NCBI GenBank assembly: GCA_001600695.1
Contig: BCKQ01000006.1
Location: 260,315-324,314, forward strand
Direction: 5' to 3'
DNA: 64,000 bases
Source of the DNA: Ascoidea asiatica JCM 7603
Lineage: Eukaryota; Fungi; Ascomycota
In this document: in pieces, positions 45,901 through 57,456 of the stretch
How positions within the stretch are numbered: the stretch's first letter is position 1
How the letters are laid out: each line of letters opens with the position of its first letter
Made by a program: the position numbers and the translations under genes
The notes under the pieces: model-generated
Seen by the model: the letters and a program-made list of their open reading frames with translations, nothing else
The model's database searches: none
Told to the model about the DNA's origin: nothing

Positions 45901-47576
45901 TCAATTCAATTTCAAGAAAAATAGAAGCAATGGAAAAAGAATTAAAAGATTGGTTAGATAATTTACCAGTTGAATTAGATCCAGTAAATAAAAATATCCC
46001 CGAAAAATATTATAAACAAAATAGATTACTCTATTTAGCTTTTTTACACATTGAAATTGTATTATATCGTCCTTTTATTCATTTAATTTCTCATAAATAT
46101 CTTTCTATACCGAACGTTAATAGAAAATCCGTCAAAAGAGCTCAATTATGCCTTTCTGCGGCAATTAAAGTAGTTGATCTAGCAGTTGAAATGTTTGATC
46201 AAGGTTTATTGAATGGAGCTTATTGGTTTTCAATTTATCCAATTTTTTATTCAGTTGCTTGTCTAGTTTATTATATTCATGAAAATGCAGGAGCTGTTGA
46301 TTTAAAGACTCAAGAAATTAGAAGCCATGCAGAAAAAGGAAAAGACGTATTAACTAAACTAAGAGATAATTCCGTTGCAGCTTCAAGAACCTATCATATA
46401 TTGAATGTAATGTTTGAACAATTGAATAGAAAAACAGCTAGTTATTTCAATGCAACTTATTCAAATGGAGGGAAATCAAAATCAAAACAATCAACTCCTG
46501 TTTATGAAACCGATTTAGAAAATTATGAAAGAGGTCAAGATAGAAGTCGAAATGCTAACATTAATAACAACAATAATAATAATAATAGTAACAATAATAG
46601 TAATACTAGAGATACCAGTCGTGATCGTATCCCTAGTGGACCTCAATCTTTGTTTGCATCAAGTTCCAACAGTCAATATAATCCTAGATCCAATATGTCT
46701 AGAAATCCATCAGGAAATAATTATTTTTCAAATTCTCCTAATTCAAATTTTTCAAATAATAACATTAACAATAACATTAATTCTAACACGTATAATTCAC
46801 CAGAAGCTACTCTTAATAATAATATTGAATTACAACTGGAGGCTGCACTTGCTGCGCAAAATCGAGATATTCAAAGTCAAAATCAAATTCAAAATCAGAA
46901 CCAAAATCAAAATCAAAATCAGAACAAGAATAAAAATCGTAATCAAAGAAATAATCAAAATCAAAATCAAAATCAGTTATCTAGTAGAAATCAAAAACCT
47001 AATAACAATTATAATGATGTAAATCAAACTTATCAAGCTGGAATGCTTGATACTATAGATATGCAAATTTTCGGTAGATATTTACCTCCTTATATGATTC
47101 AGAATAATAATGTTTCAAAATCAAGTAAAGATTTTTCTAAGCTTGACTTACCTAATGACAATAATCTAACAACAGATCTTTTGAAATATCCTTCCACAAC
47201 AGATTCATTAATAAGTAATCTTAATCCAACTGGAAATAATATGAATAATACCAGTATGAATAATAATAATAATATCAATAATAATAATAACAGTAATAGT
47301 AATATGAATAACAATGCAAGTGGTACCATGAGCACTAATATGAATAATAATAACAATAATAAGAATAATAATAACAATAGTAATGAAGATATTGTTCTTT
47401 TAGGTAGTATATATCCTACAACTCAAGGGAATTTTTCAAATCCAAATGCATTACTGAATGAAATTGATAATACATTTAATTTGAATGCAGATGAATTAAA
47501 GGACTTACCTAACTTAGATAGAGTTTGGGGTGATTATGACCCAGAACTTACATTTAATTTTGACAAAATTCCATAA
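42939..47576 (+). CDS. ASG1: Zn2Cys6 transcription factor
   Basis: [31 protein letters not shown] cluster and a fungal TF middle region ([39 protein letters not shown]). Confidence 0.9.
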   Translation: MDFNDSTTIAADPTSSFSDNTTIKVNSSDNNDINIDNNNDNNNDNNIDTNNDSNNINNINNINNINNINNINNGNGIDNKANNPGITKNNRNNNNNNNDNIPIASNNDRNTNPLIPLNLSKFSNLQNNLSNNLSNSLSNLSNLSNLSNLPNLSNINISNINNLPQKRRRVTRACDECRKKKVKCDGQQPCIHCTVYNYNCTYIQPSNRKKSKFTNNNNNSNNNSNNNNNNNSNNNNIINNNNNELDSQKNLDKLLLSENNNIITANKNENNNDQFDKESVDKINLKFNILKKIIDFILPDLFNNNNNEKKNENEMESQNDNNNKNESKVEIENENINNNNNNSNESKCKSKSKSNKKDNNNTDIDNDKISNKDNDKDIDNKKHKDNDIDNQILLFDFDKFKLIYNNLLLNYNNQNNNSSLNPLIVSSTPMNKSKSQSNAISLPNQNFIKTENDSSNLNINLNSNSNSNSNSNSDLIKNFLSQLVINYNNNNNNNINNPLVIKSAVPNLKLSHPISILSNSSTLNFDSINNQNNNIQTLNNLNLRNNNSINNLNTINTIQSIKSTQMNQSQSLPINQQQNLSSTNNQNQLSNNNQLNNQFNINNIDNNNNNNNNINNRNTNINNNNSQLNYLNNNSNINNNNHNINSTNNEEQKQIKITLPPLESTLLLVNKACDSSCLFKYYNRKNLLKVIQELYNENNNQLINSNLNLYENLSKKEKELKLNRNNKLSALIYSFLSVGALLQNDKNCYNYYNASYTLLSRQNIIETNDITNLITLFTLIIFLQCTARLSTCYSYIGIALRSALRIGLHRKINSVISPIEAENRKRLFWSIYKMDVYMNTMLGLPSISNDDLDQDLPCELDDQNITTFHYLFQNQKNNLSSIAISNQHTKLVIILNHIVKNLYPVKTSKLGTSSPIAPSPNESSALSTIASPSNLNFGHNLQPQQQPVQNNTTDSTPGTISNQSSPSVNSNNFNHLNNLGNSENHGVINSISRKIEAMEKELKDWLDNLPVELDPVNKNIPEKYYKQNRLLYLAFLHIEIVLYRPFIHLISHKYLSIPNVNRKSVKRAQLCLSAAIKVVDLAVEMFDQGLLNGAYWFSIYPIFYSVACLVYYIHENAGAVDLKTQEIRSHAEKGKDVLTKLRDNSVAASRTYHILNVMFEQLNRKTASYFNATYSNGGKSKSKQSTPVYETDLENYERGQDRSRNANINNNNNNNNSNNNSNTRDTSRDRIPSGPQSLFASSSNSQYNPRSNMSRNPSGNNYFSNSPNSNFSNNNINNNINSNTYNSPEATLNNNIELQLEAALAAQNRDIQSQNQIQNQNQNQNQNQNKNKNRNQRNNQNQNQNQLSSRNQKPNNNYNDVNQTYQAGMLDTIDMQIFGRYLPPYMIQNNNVSKSSKDFSKLDLPNDNNLTTDLLKYPSTTDSLISNLNPTGNNMNNTSMNNNNNINNNNNSNSNMNNNASGTMSTNMNNNNNNKNNNNNSNEDIVLLGSIYPTTQGNFSNPNALLNEIDNTFNLNADELKDLPNLDRVWGDYDPELTFNFDKIP

Positions 47577-47994
47577 AAAAAATAAAAGTTTTCTGAATAT
47601 ATTCAGAGCAGAAACAAAAAAACAGAGTGATCTTCAGTCTTAGAAATAAGAAAATTTAACTAAGATATTGATAAAAAGATTAACATATAGATTCAATAGT
47701 TTGTATTATATAAATTAATTTTTCATAGATTTTTATGCACATTTTTTTAATTTTTAATATAAACAATTTTAATTTTATTAAACATTTAATAAAATTTTTG
47801 TTTAGATTAAATTTACAAACAACAAAAACAAAATTTCATTCATATAAATATCAGATAAGTTTTACAAAATACTGTCTATTTAAAAAGATTTAAAACCAAT
47901 AAAGTTTTGAATATATATAAAGAAAAAAAAAAATATAAATAAACCCACGACCCATTAAATAAAAATTATATATTATTAAAAACGTTCATATTTT

Positions 47995-48669
47995 TCATTC
48001 TTCTTCACTTTCATCATCATTAGCTCCTGTGGAGCCAGCAGTTTTAGTAACTTCTTCTTCACTATCGTTAAGATCAAGAAGATCATCCATTTCCTCATTC
48101 GTAAGTTTGGTTTCCTTGCTATCATCAGAAGAGTTTTTTGAAGAGCTTGCAACTGAAGGAGTAGGAGCAGGTGAAGATATTTTTCTTTTCTTCACCTGTA
48201 CTTCATTTTCTACTTTAGGTTTTGTCTTTGCTTTGGTCTTTGATTGAGGTTTAGTCTCAGTTTCAGCACTGTCATGATGATTGTTATTACTATTGACGGC
48301 AGCTTCATTATTTGAACCTGAATTTGAGCTGGAGCTTAAACTTGATTGAGAGCTAGAAAATCTAGAAAATTTCTTTCCAGATAACTTTTCTAAAGCATCA
48401 GTTATTTGATCTTGTTGTTTCAATAAAGAAATCCAAACATCTTCAGATAATGAAATACCTTTTTTACCAGGTCTGTCTTCTCCACTTGCTTTATCAGTAT
48501 AATATTCTCTAATATCAACTAAATTATGTTCATTGAATTTTCTTACACTAACGCGCTTTCTTTTACCAACATCAAAGGTGTAAGTTGGACCAGAAGGAGC
48601 AGGAGATGAATTTTTTGATTCATTGCTGTTGTTGTTGTTATTATATTTTCTTTTCATTTTATAATACAT
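47995..48669 (-). CDS. SUB1: Transcriptional coactivator PC4
   Basis: GKRKRVSVRKF...VDIREYY...PGKKGISL PC4 domain. Confidence 0.92.
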   Translation of the reverse strand: MYYKMKRKYNNNNNSNESKNSSPAPSGPTYTFDVGKRKRVSVRKFNEHNLVDIREYYTDKASGEDRPGKKGISLSEDVWISLLKQQDQITDALEKLSGKKFSRFSSSQSSLSSSSNSGSNNEAAVNSNNNHHDSAETETKPQSKTKAKTKPKVENEVQVKKRKISSPAPTPSVASSSKNSSDDSKETKLTNEEMDDLLDLNDSEEEVTKTAGSTGANDDESEEE

Positions 48670-49223
48670 TTTGAATAGCTAGTTATAAGTTTATTATAAA
48701 TACAGAAGAAAAGTCCTGGAGAATATAAAGCAGACAATTGAGAGAAGGTTGGAGTAGGGAACTCGATACTTGATAAAAAATCAATTAAATAATAGGATCT
48801 TTCATGAAAATAAATAAAAATGAAATACAATAAAGAACTTATTCAATTGAGATAATCTTGAATCAATGATTATTGCCAATGTGCTGAGCAGTTTGAATAT
48901 TGCCCAAGCTCAGAATAAAATAAAATAAAATAAATACCAGAAAAGCGTCGCAGTTTCGAAATGGCAACAAGGTTAAGCAAGCGAAATATCCGCATCGGCA
49001 CATTGTTAAAGTAACTTCCGCGGGTTTCCAATCACGGATACAGTGACAAGTTATTTTAAAACTATCCGTATTTATGGAATTACCGCGGAAACAATGGTTT
49101 CTGCATGCGGTTCTTCCTTGAAATTATTTTGATTTATTGAAAACAATGTTTATTTGAGGAATATTGATTTAAATAAGAGAATATATGAACGAAGAAAGAA
49201 ACAAATAAAAGAAGAAATGAGTT

Positions 49224-50540
49224 TTAATTGGCTATATCCATTAGATTACGTGTTGTATCGTAAACAACAGAACCACCAGGGATGAAACTGATTCCAAAAT
49301 CTACAATAGGTTCTAAAGTTTTAAAAACAGATCCCACATTTTTTAAAAAATTAGTTTCGCTGAATTCAATCCATTTTTTTTCAATTATTTCTAAAGCATT
49401 TTCTCCAGATTGAAAAGATATTGCAGATTTATCTAAATCAATTTCAGTTTTCAAAAAATAAATATCTTTTGTAGGTCCAATTACCAATGATATGGAATAA
49501 CTATTATTTCTTAAAACTATAATATACATTTTATTGAGTAATTTATTTGGAGAAGTTCTTCTGAATAAATCACTTAAAGCACCAGAAATATCACTAAAAC
49601 TTATTTTAGAATTAAAATTTGAATTATTAATTTTAACTTTATAAAAAGTATCATTAACTCTTCCGAATAACCAATCACTTGTTGGACTTGCATAACAATA
49701 CCCTGCAATTTGTTGACCAACAAACCATAAACAATCATAAATATCTTGATTTAAAGGTAAATTATCAGAAAGATTTAAAATATTTATAACATCAACTCGA
49801 ATCGGTGATTCTGGATTTATATTTTTTGAAATTCTAGAGTTATCTTCAATTAAATTTCTAATATCTTGAAAATATATGGAATTAATAATTGAAAAATCAG
49901 GCCCATTATTTTCTCCAAACCAAGGTAAATGGAGTGCTCTAGGTTTACCAACATTTAACATTGGATATCTTGGGTTTTGAAATTGAGTTGGAGATTTTAA
50001 CGTTTTATTAGACCTACAACTATAACCACCTGTTAAACCTTGACAACCACTTTGAAATGAAATAATTGCTGGATGTTGATCATATTTAGGATAATCTAAT
50101 TTCCATAAATCTTTATTTAATGAAATTCCAACACTACAAGTAGTTGAATGATTTTTATTTTTAAGTTTTAAAAAAAAAGTTTTATTCATCATACCATTAT
50201 AAGTTTTAGTTCTATAATAAAGATCCATTAAAGCTCCAGAAATAGTTTTAATAAAATATGTATCTGAAAGTTGTGGATTTAAAATCCATAAATGATAATA
50301 AAAATTATTAACTCTACCACATACAACACCTTGATTTAATAAATTCATATAACCTGAAATATGTTCACCAATTGCCCAGATTGTTTTATAAAATAATTCA
50401 TTTTGAGGAACACTTTTCTCCGATAAAAATACATCAGTAATTTCAACAGTGAATGGTAATTTGGAAGTGATTCCTTTTCTTACTGGGTATTGAAAAAGAA
50501 GACTTTTGACATCATCATCAGAAATTCTTGGTTCATTCAT
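49224..50540 (-). CDS. Orphan protein with two tandem ~135-aa domains resembling the CSS2 C-terminal domain
   Basis: Internal duplication visible by eye (W.[IV]G..I.GY, GRVN, ISGAL.DL, ISFQSG in both halves); no signal peptide. Confidence 0.75.
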   Translation of the reverse strand: MNEPRISDDDVKSLLFQYPVRKGITSKLPFTVEITDVFLSEKSVPQNELFYKTIWAIGEHISGYMNLLNQGVVCGRVNNFYYHLWILNPQLSDTYFIKTISGALMDLYYRTKTYNGMMNKTFFLKLKNKNHSTTCSVGISLNKDLWKLDYPKYDQHPAIISFQSGCQGLTGGYSCRSNKTLKSPTQFQNPRYPMLNVGKPRALHLPWFGENNGPDFSIINSIYFQDIRNLIEDNSRISKNINPESPIRVDVINILNLSDNLPLNQDIYDCLWFVGQQIAGYCYASPTSDWLFGRVNDTFYKVKINNSNFNSKISFSDISGALSDLFRRTSPNKLLNKMYIIVLRNNSYSISLVIGPTKDIYFLKTEIDLDKSAISFQSGENALEIIEKKWIEFSETNFLKNVGSVFKTLEPIVDFGISFIPGGSVVYDTTRNLMDIAN

Positions 50541-52171
50541 GATTGATAATTTTCTTTTAAAGAAATCACATCAACTATGATAAAGCTTATTTGATTCAAT
50601 TTTCTTGAAAATGGTATCTAAAATAATAAAGAGTAAAAAAAAAAAGGTTTTAGAAGTATTTTTTAGTGAAGAAGTAAAGTCGAAAAACAGATTTATTTTA
50701 ATAGATTATTATCTATTATATCTCATTTTAGGATATCATATATCATAAATATCTATCAATATATAAAAATGAACAAACAGAGATATCCTACTCAAATCTT
50801 GTAAGGTAGCTCAGCCATTTTTTGGATAAACTTTCATAGCCTCAATAAATCGAAGAAATCAAATATCTGCCTAGCTTTACTAAATCCAAAGTAAGAATGA
50901 TTGAATCTATTGATTTTGAAGCAAATAAAAATTGATCATTAATTTAAAGGAATTATATAAATTTAATTCAAATTGGGTTGGTTAAATTGTTAATGAACTT
51001 CTAATAGTGCTGATAATGAGAAGTTAAATACTCAATGCCAGCAGTGCCTCCATCAAGGAACCTAAGTGATCACCTGACAAAAGAGAGACAACTACTCTTT
51101 TTGAAACACATTTATAACTACAGAAAAGAATATGATAAGAGAGTTAAAAGAAATGAAAAATGTTTATTAACTATGAAAAAAAAATCACTACAGCATTTAA
51201 AAACTTGTCAGACTGCCATTGTTATCCATCCAAATAATTACTCCTTCCGAAAAAGTATGTAATATTGGATTGAAATCATTGCTCCTTTCTCAAAATATCA
51301 ACTTAATTGGATATCTTTACAAACGAAAGGCAAATTGAAACAAGATATCCAGACCAACAAAGGATCACAGATAAACTAATTGAAATTCTCATTCAATGGA
51401 TACAATGGTTTTCATCTCATCATCCAAGTTGGATTTGATGGCTCTTTTGAAGAATCAAAGAGAGACGTGACCTATAGAAATGATCCTACTATTGAATTTG
51501 TTAGTAATGCTGACATCTTTATTTTTGTATTTAATAATATAAATATTGAATTTCTTAAACCATATGGTAAGCTACTTACTGAAGTACGTCGACAAAGAAA
51601 AAAAAAGGGAAATAAATCTATAAAAAAGATGGAAATTGCTGTGCTTTTATACCGCCAGAGAACTGACCTACGCCAGGCTTGCAACAAAGATTCAATTCCA
51701 ACTCTTCAATGAGTTGTTACCCGGGCCTTCTTCTTTTGTCTGGCTTTGAAACACCTTTTTAGGTCTCGGTTCTCGGATATTAATCCGACAACACGGCTAT
51801 TTCAAACCGGACATTAAAATCAGCCACATTTATAAAAAAATACTACGCCTCAATTTTATTTTTTTTGGATTGTGGAAAGTGGTTGCTATTTTGTCGCCAG
51901 ATTTGTGGATATTAAATTATGCACACAATAAGCACGCTTTACTGCACATGCCTCACCTTGTCAAATTTTTTTTTGAATTTTTTTTTTTTTTTGGAACTTG
52001 AAAAATTATTTCAAAAAACTTTGTTTACAGAGAAAATAGACAAGATAATTTCATAATAATTTCATCATAATAATTTATTAGTTATATTGGTTTTTGGCAT
52101 TCATATTTATATTCTAAATAACTTATAATCCTTTATTTTTATCATCTTAACTTATATATAATAATATCATA

Positions 52172-52921
52172 ATGGCTAGATCAAAACGTTCAAAACTTGT
52201 TACTTTATCCAAAACTGAAAAAAAAGGTCGTGAAAATAAAGAAAGAATATTTGATAGTATTAGATCATCTTTAGATAAATTTAATTATGTTTGGGTATTA
52301 CATTTAGATGGTGTAAGAACACCAATTTTACAATCAATAAGATCTGATTGGACTGGTTCTAAGATTATTTTAGGTAAAACAAAAATTTTAAGAAAATCTT
52401 TAGGTAATAGTCCAAATGAAGAATATTTAGAAAATTTATTTAAATTAAGTAAAAAAATTATTGGAACTTCAGGTTTATTATTCACTAATGAACAACCAAA
52501 TGTTGTTATAAATTATTTTAAAGCTTTTATTAAATCTGATTTTGCAAGATTAAATACAAAATCTCCAATTTCATTTACTATACCTTCTGGAATTATATAT
52601 TCAACTGGTGGTAATTTATCACAAGATGAAGATATTCCAATTTCTCATTCTTTAGAACCAACTTTAAGAAATAAATTTAAAATTCCAACAAGAATTATAA
52701 ATGGTAAAGTTGTCATAGAAAATGATTTTAAAGTTTGTGAAAAAGGTGAAAAATTAGATGTTATAAAATCTTTAATATTAAAACAATTTGGTATTGCATG
52801 TGCTCAATTTCAAGTTAAAATTGAAGTATACTATGATAAATTAAAAAGTATAGTTAATACTGTTGATGTTAATTTAAATAAAGAAGAATCAATAGAAGAA
52901 AAAGATTCAGAAATGAGTTAG
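52172..52921 (+). CDS. MRT4: Ribosome assembly factor (P0 paralog)
   Basis: MARSKRSKLVTLSKTEKKGRENKERIFD, HSLEPTLRNKFKIPT, ILKQFGIA; RRPE-like TGAAAAATT near 51999. Confidence 0.97.
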   Translation: MARSKRSKLVTLSKTEKKGRENKERIFDSIRSSLDKFNYVWVLHLDGVRTPILQSIRSDWTGSKIILGKTKILRKSLGNSPNEEYLENLFKLSKKIIGTSGLLFTNEQPNVVINYFKAFIKSDFARLNTKSPISFTIPSGIIYSTGGNLSQDEDIPISHSLEPTLRNKFKIPTRIINGKVVIENDFKVCEKGEKLDVIKSLILKQFGIACAQFQVKIEVYYDKLKSIVNTVDVNLNKEESIEEKDSEMS

Positions 52922-53151
52922 TTTTTTTAAAATACTAAATTAAAATTAAAGCAAAAAAAAAAATAATAATAAAAGATAAGTGGATTCAAAATTTGAAATT
53001 CACATTTGGATCTGTGTAATATGTGTAAACATGTGAATTATATATATATATAAATATACATTATATACTATGAACTAATTATGTAATGTCAATATTTAAA
53101 ATGAATATAAGCGTCATTTATACTATCATCATATTATCTTAATGATTATAA

Positions 53152-54213
53152 TTATAAATCAGAAGGAATGTCATGATCAATTCCACTTTCCCAAGTTTCA
53201 TTAAGATGATCACCTAAAAGTGTTTGAAATTCAATAAATAAATCTTTATCCTTTTGATAAATTTCATCATTTTGAGAATCCCAATATGCTTTCACAGCTA
53301 ATTTTAATTCATTTTCATTACTTACTCCAATAATTGTTGGACCTTTATTTGACCATTTTCTAATTGCAAATCTTGTTGATAAATCTGCAATATCAATATC
53401 ATATTTTTTTTTAAAAATTTTTGCAATTTCATCAACTTTATTTCTTAATTCTTTTGAAGCAGGATGAAAAGATTTCGTTGCTTGACATGTTAATAATGAC
53501 ATTGATAATATAGATGCATTAAATACAATAGTTTTGGAATTTAATGATTTAATTTTATTATAATATGAATCTAAAGTCATATTTTGTAAACACATATTTG
53601 AATATGATAAAATTGAATCTAAATGTTCATTATAAGTTTGAAAAAATTTGAAATTTATAAAATTTAAAAAATTAACTGGATATCCAGAAATACCAAAATT
53701 TTTTATGATTCCAATTTTTTTTAAATCTGATAATTTTTTTAATGCAAGTAAAATTTCTTCAATTCTATTAAATTCAATATCATGTAAATGAACTAAATCT
53801 AAATAATTTGTATCTAATCTATTTAAAGATCTTTTAATTGAAGTTTCAATCCAATTTGGATCATAATTAAACTCATTTAACTGAATTCTACCAACTTTTG
53901 TAAATAAAAAATAATTATTTCTTGAATAAAGTTCTGGATTTTCAATTTTTAATGCTTTTAAATTTGAACCAAGTAAAATCTCAGAAGGTCCATAATATGG
54001 TGAAGTATCAAGTGCAATTATACCTAATTTAAAAGCAGTTTTTATAATATTTTTAATATTTAAACTTTCTGGATCATTATTATATTGATGATTGAATACA
54101 GCACCTCCAAGAATTAAATTTGGTAAATTTTTTAAATCTGATGAATTTTTCAAATTTAATTCACTTCTTTTTGTTGGACCAATTGGTTTTAAATTAGATA
54201 AATTTGAGGTCAT
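53152..54213 (-). CDS. ARA2: NAD-dependent D-arabinose dehydrogenase (aldo/keto reductase)
   Basis: LILGGAVFNHQY, DTSPYYGPSE, TKVGRI, YLDLVHLHDIEF, NFGISGYP, FHPASKELR. Confidence 0.9.
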   Translation of the reverse strand: MTSNLSNLKPIGPTKRSELNLKNSSDLKNLPNLILGGAVFNHQYNNDPESLNIKNIIKTAFKLGIIALDTSPYYGPSEILLGSNLKALKIENPELYSRNNYFLFTKVGRIQLNEFNYDPNWIETSIKRSLNRLDTNYLDLVHLHDIEFNRIEEILLALKKLSDLKKIGIIKNFGISGYPVNFLNFINFKFFQTYNEHLDSILSYSNMCLQNMTLDSYYNKIKSLNSKTIVFNASILSMSLLTCQATKSFHPASKELRNKVDEIAKIFKKKYDIDIADLSTRFAIRKWSNKGPTIIGVSNENELKLAVKAYWDSQNDEIYQKDKDLFIEFQTLLGDHLNETWESGIDHDIPSDL

Positions 54214-54642
54214 ATTGATAAAAAAATGATAATATTGAAAAAAAAAAATAATTCACAATTCAATTTTCACTGAAAAATGTTTTAAAAGTAAGACAATTTG
54301 AAAATAATTATATAATTGAGGATTATGAAAACAGATTAAAGATTATAAGCTAATTATTAAATTTTAGAATATTGATTATAAATTAGAAACTTGGAAATTA
54401 GAACAATAAACTAACCAATATCAAAAACTAAACGAATAAAAATCGACTTTATCGAGAAGAAGTGAATTGCTCGAGTAAACTTGTAATAGTTCACACTTAA
54501 CAATACTTATTAATACTGTCTGTTCAATATGTCTCGAGCAACCCGGAAAGTGATATCCGTGCTCAAAATGTGATTTCCATGGGACATAATGAAAAAGAAC
54601 CACTACCAATTAAACGGGGGAATTCGTTTTTTTGGTTTCGGT

Positions 54643-54772
54643 AGTTTATCCGATACTCTGGAAGATTATCCGAATAGCCCCTCGTTGAGACCCCAAAAAA
54701 AACCCCGTGCCAGGCCCTGGATTAAGCGATAGACCTCGTTTAAATTTTTATCCGATTACGGTCCTGGATAAA
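54643..54772. promoter_or_regulatory. Cluster of TTATCCG sites in the ARA2 / hydrolase divergent promoter
   Basis: TTTATCCG at 54645-54652 and 54747-54754, ATTATCCG at 54665-54672, and an inverted near-match TGGATAAA near 54765. Confidence 0.6.
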
Positions 54773-55332
54773 GTTTAGCTTCAAGGTCACAGGGTGTATT
54801 TATAAAACCAGTTTCTTGGTACTTGTTATTTTAACAATCAAAACAGCTGTGACTTGCCTATGAAACTGCAATAACTACCATTTTCTGCTCATAAACTGGG
54901 GAATAAATTATCCTTGACCTATCAAGATATCAATGCAATTAGACAATTCAATCCTCTGGAACCTTATGATTTTATTCTGATTTATTAAATAGTAGAATTC
55001 TGACATATTTTATTTCAGATTTTTTTAAAAATAAAACTTCTGTATTAAGCCAACTTTATGATTTGCTGTATCATATTATTTAAATTCAATCAGTGAAGCT
55101 TCTTTCTTACTAGCTTTTTTACAATTTGTTCGCTACTCGTTTTCCTTCACCGTTAATTAAAGTTTTCTCTTATTGATATTATTTTTATTTATCAACTGGC
55201 GTGTTTTATTGTTTGATTATTCAATTGTTCAATTCCAAAAACTATTTATTTCCTTTTTTATATTTAAAATCATTAATATCATTGAAATATAACTTCAAGA
55301 CTCAATTCAATTCGATTATTATTTATTTAAAA

Positions 55333-57456
55333 ATGGTTTTCAATGTCAAAGATTCAGAAACTGCTCATATTATCCAATCGGATGATGAAACTCCTTTCAA
55401 AATTACAAAACTTGAAGATGTTATCATCCCAATGAAAGATGGAACTAAATTATTTGCTCATATTTGGTTACCAATCAATGCAACAACCTCAAACTTAAAA
55501 GTTGGAGCATTAGTGGAATATATTCCATATAGAAAAAATGATTTCACTGCTATTAGAGATTCTATAAGACATCCAACTTTTGCTTCTCATGGATTTGCTT
55601 CAATGAGAATAGACATGAGAGGTTGTGGAGATTCAGAAAGTTCTTTAGATGATGAATATTTAAAACAAGAACAAGATGATTGTATTGAAATTTATGATTG
55701 GATTATTTCTCAATCTTGGTCAAATGGTAATATTGGACAATTTGGTAAATCTTGGGGTGGTTTTAATTCTTTGCAATTAGCAGCAAGGCAACATCCTGCT
55801 TTAAAAACAATTATAACTTTAATGTCAACAGATGATAGATATTCTGATGATGTTCATTATAGAGGTGGTACTATTCTTGCATCCGATATGTTATGGTGGG
55901 CTTCAACAATGTTTGTATATAATGGTCGTCCAAGAGATCCACAAATTGTGGGAAATGATAATTGGAGAGAAAATTGGTTTAGAAGATTAAATACAATTCC
56001 AAATATTATTCCATGGTTAAGTCATCAAACAAGAGATGAATATTGGAAACATGGTTCAATTTGTGAAAATAATTATCAAGATGTTAAAATTCCTGTTCTT
56101 GCAATTGGAGGTTGGAGAGATGGTTATACTAATCCAGTTTTAAGAATGATGGCAAACTTACCAAATACTGAATCAAAAGCTATAATTGGTCCTTGGGTTC
56201 ATGAATATCCTGAAGTTGCAACTCCTGGCCCAGGAATTGGGTTTCAACAAGTTGCAATCAGTTGGTTTAATAAATATTTATGTAATAATAATGATGGATT
56301 GACTGATAAATTTTCAAAATTAACTGCTTATATTCAAGAACCTTCTTCAATTAAATATTCTTACATTGCAAGAGATGGAAAATGGGCTTCTCTTCCATTT
56401 CCAATAAAAAATTCAGGCCAAACAACAAAAACTTTATCTTATTATTTGAGTAATGATAATAAATTATCTAAAAATTCTTCATCAAGTCAAGAAATAGAAT
56501 TTTCAGGGGCTCAAGAATATGGATTATTTAGAGGTACTTGGTGTCCATTTGGTCAAGAAGGAGATTTACCAGCAGATCAAAAAATTGAGGATTCAAAATC
56601 TTTAACTTTTGACTCTGAAATTCTCCAAGAAGATGTCGAATTCCTCGGATTTCCTGAATTGAAAGCAACAATATCTTCAGATAAACCAAATGCTTTCCTT
56701 TCTGTTAGATTAATTGATTTATATCCACCTGTGGATGGCAAAAGTGAAAATATTTTAATTTCTTGGGGTATTTTGAATTTATCTCATAGAAATTCTCATG
56801 AATTTCCTGAACTTTTGATTCCTGGAAAGAAATATAGCATTTCAATTAAAATGGATTCTCTTGGTATTAAACTCAAAAAAGGTCATAAATTAAGAGTAGC
56901 TTTATCTCCTACAGATTGGCCTCAGGCCTGGCCCTTAGCCGAAACTCCAAAATTAACATTGTATCCATGTGAAGAAACAAAATTAATATTACCAGTTGTC
57001 ACTTCTGATGATTATAAAGAAGTTGAATTCCCACCTCCAATGTATTACAAATGTTGTGAAAGAGATATAATGCGAAAAGAGAAAAGAACTAGAAATTTTA
57101 TTTATGATAGTATTAATAATACTTGGACCATTGATGACTTTTCAGACGAAGGATCAAGAAGATTACCAACCATTGGCTCTGCAAATGGTATTGAGATGGG
57201 TTCTTGGAATAAAAACTTATGGAAAATAAAAGAAAATGATCCTCTAAGCGCTTATAACCAATGTGACTGGGAAATGACTGTTGGCAGAGGCAAATGGCAA
57301 ACAAAATTGTTGAGTACGAGTAATATGAAAGGAGATAAAGATAACTTTTTCTTGTACAATAAATTAACTGCTTATGAAAATGATGAAAAAACAGATGAAA
57401 TGAAGGAAGTTTTTAGTAAGGTTTGGGAAAATACAATACCTAGAAACTTTGTTTAA
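55333..57456 (+). CDS. CocE/NonD family hydrolase (peptidase S15 / PepX_C), bacterial type
   Basis: First ATG at 55333. YIPYRK, IDMRGCGDS, nucleophile motif GKSWGG, GWRDGY (Asp), GPWVH (His) and a C-terminal jelly-roll (KKGHKLRVALS). Intronless and free of poly-Asn. Confidence 0.92.
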   Translation: MVFNVKDSETAHIIQSDDETPFKITKLEDVIIPMKDGTKLFAHIWLPINATTSNLKVGALVEYIPYRKNDFTAIRDSIRHPTFASHGFASMRIDMRGCGDSESSLDDEYLKQEQDDCIEIYDWIISQSWSNGNIGQFGKSWGGFNSLQLAARQHPALKTIITLMSTDDRYSDDVHYRGGTILASDMLWWASTMFVYNGRPRDPQIVGNDNWRENWFRRLNTIPNIIPWLSHQTRDEYWKHGSICENNYQDVKIPVLAIGGWRDGYTNPVLRMMANLPNTESKAIIGPWVHEYPEVATPGPGIGFQQVAISWFNKYLCNNNDGLTDKFSKLTAYIQEPSSIKYSYIARDGKWASLPFPIKNSGQTTKTLSYYLSNDNKLSKNSSSSQEIEFSGAQEYGLFRGTWCPFGQEGDLPADQKIEDSKSLTFDSEILQEDVEFLGFPELKATISSDKPNAFLSVRLIDLYPPVDGKSENILISWGILNLSHRNSHEFPELLIPGKKYSISIKMDSLGIKLKKGHKLRVALSPTDWPQAWPLAETPKLTLYPCEETKLILPVVTSDDYKEVEFPPPMYYKCCERDIMRKEKRTRNFIYDSINNTWTIDDFSDEGSRRLPTIGSANGIEMGSWNKNLWKIKENDPLSAYNQCDWEMTVGRGKWQTKLLSTSNMKGDKDNFFLYNKLTAYENDEKTDEMKEVFSKVWENTIPRNFV

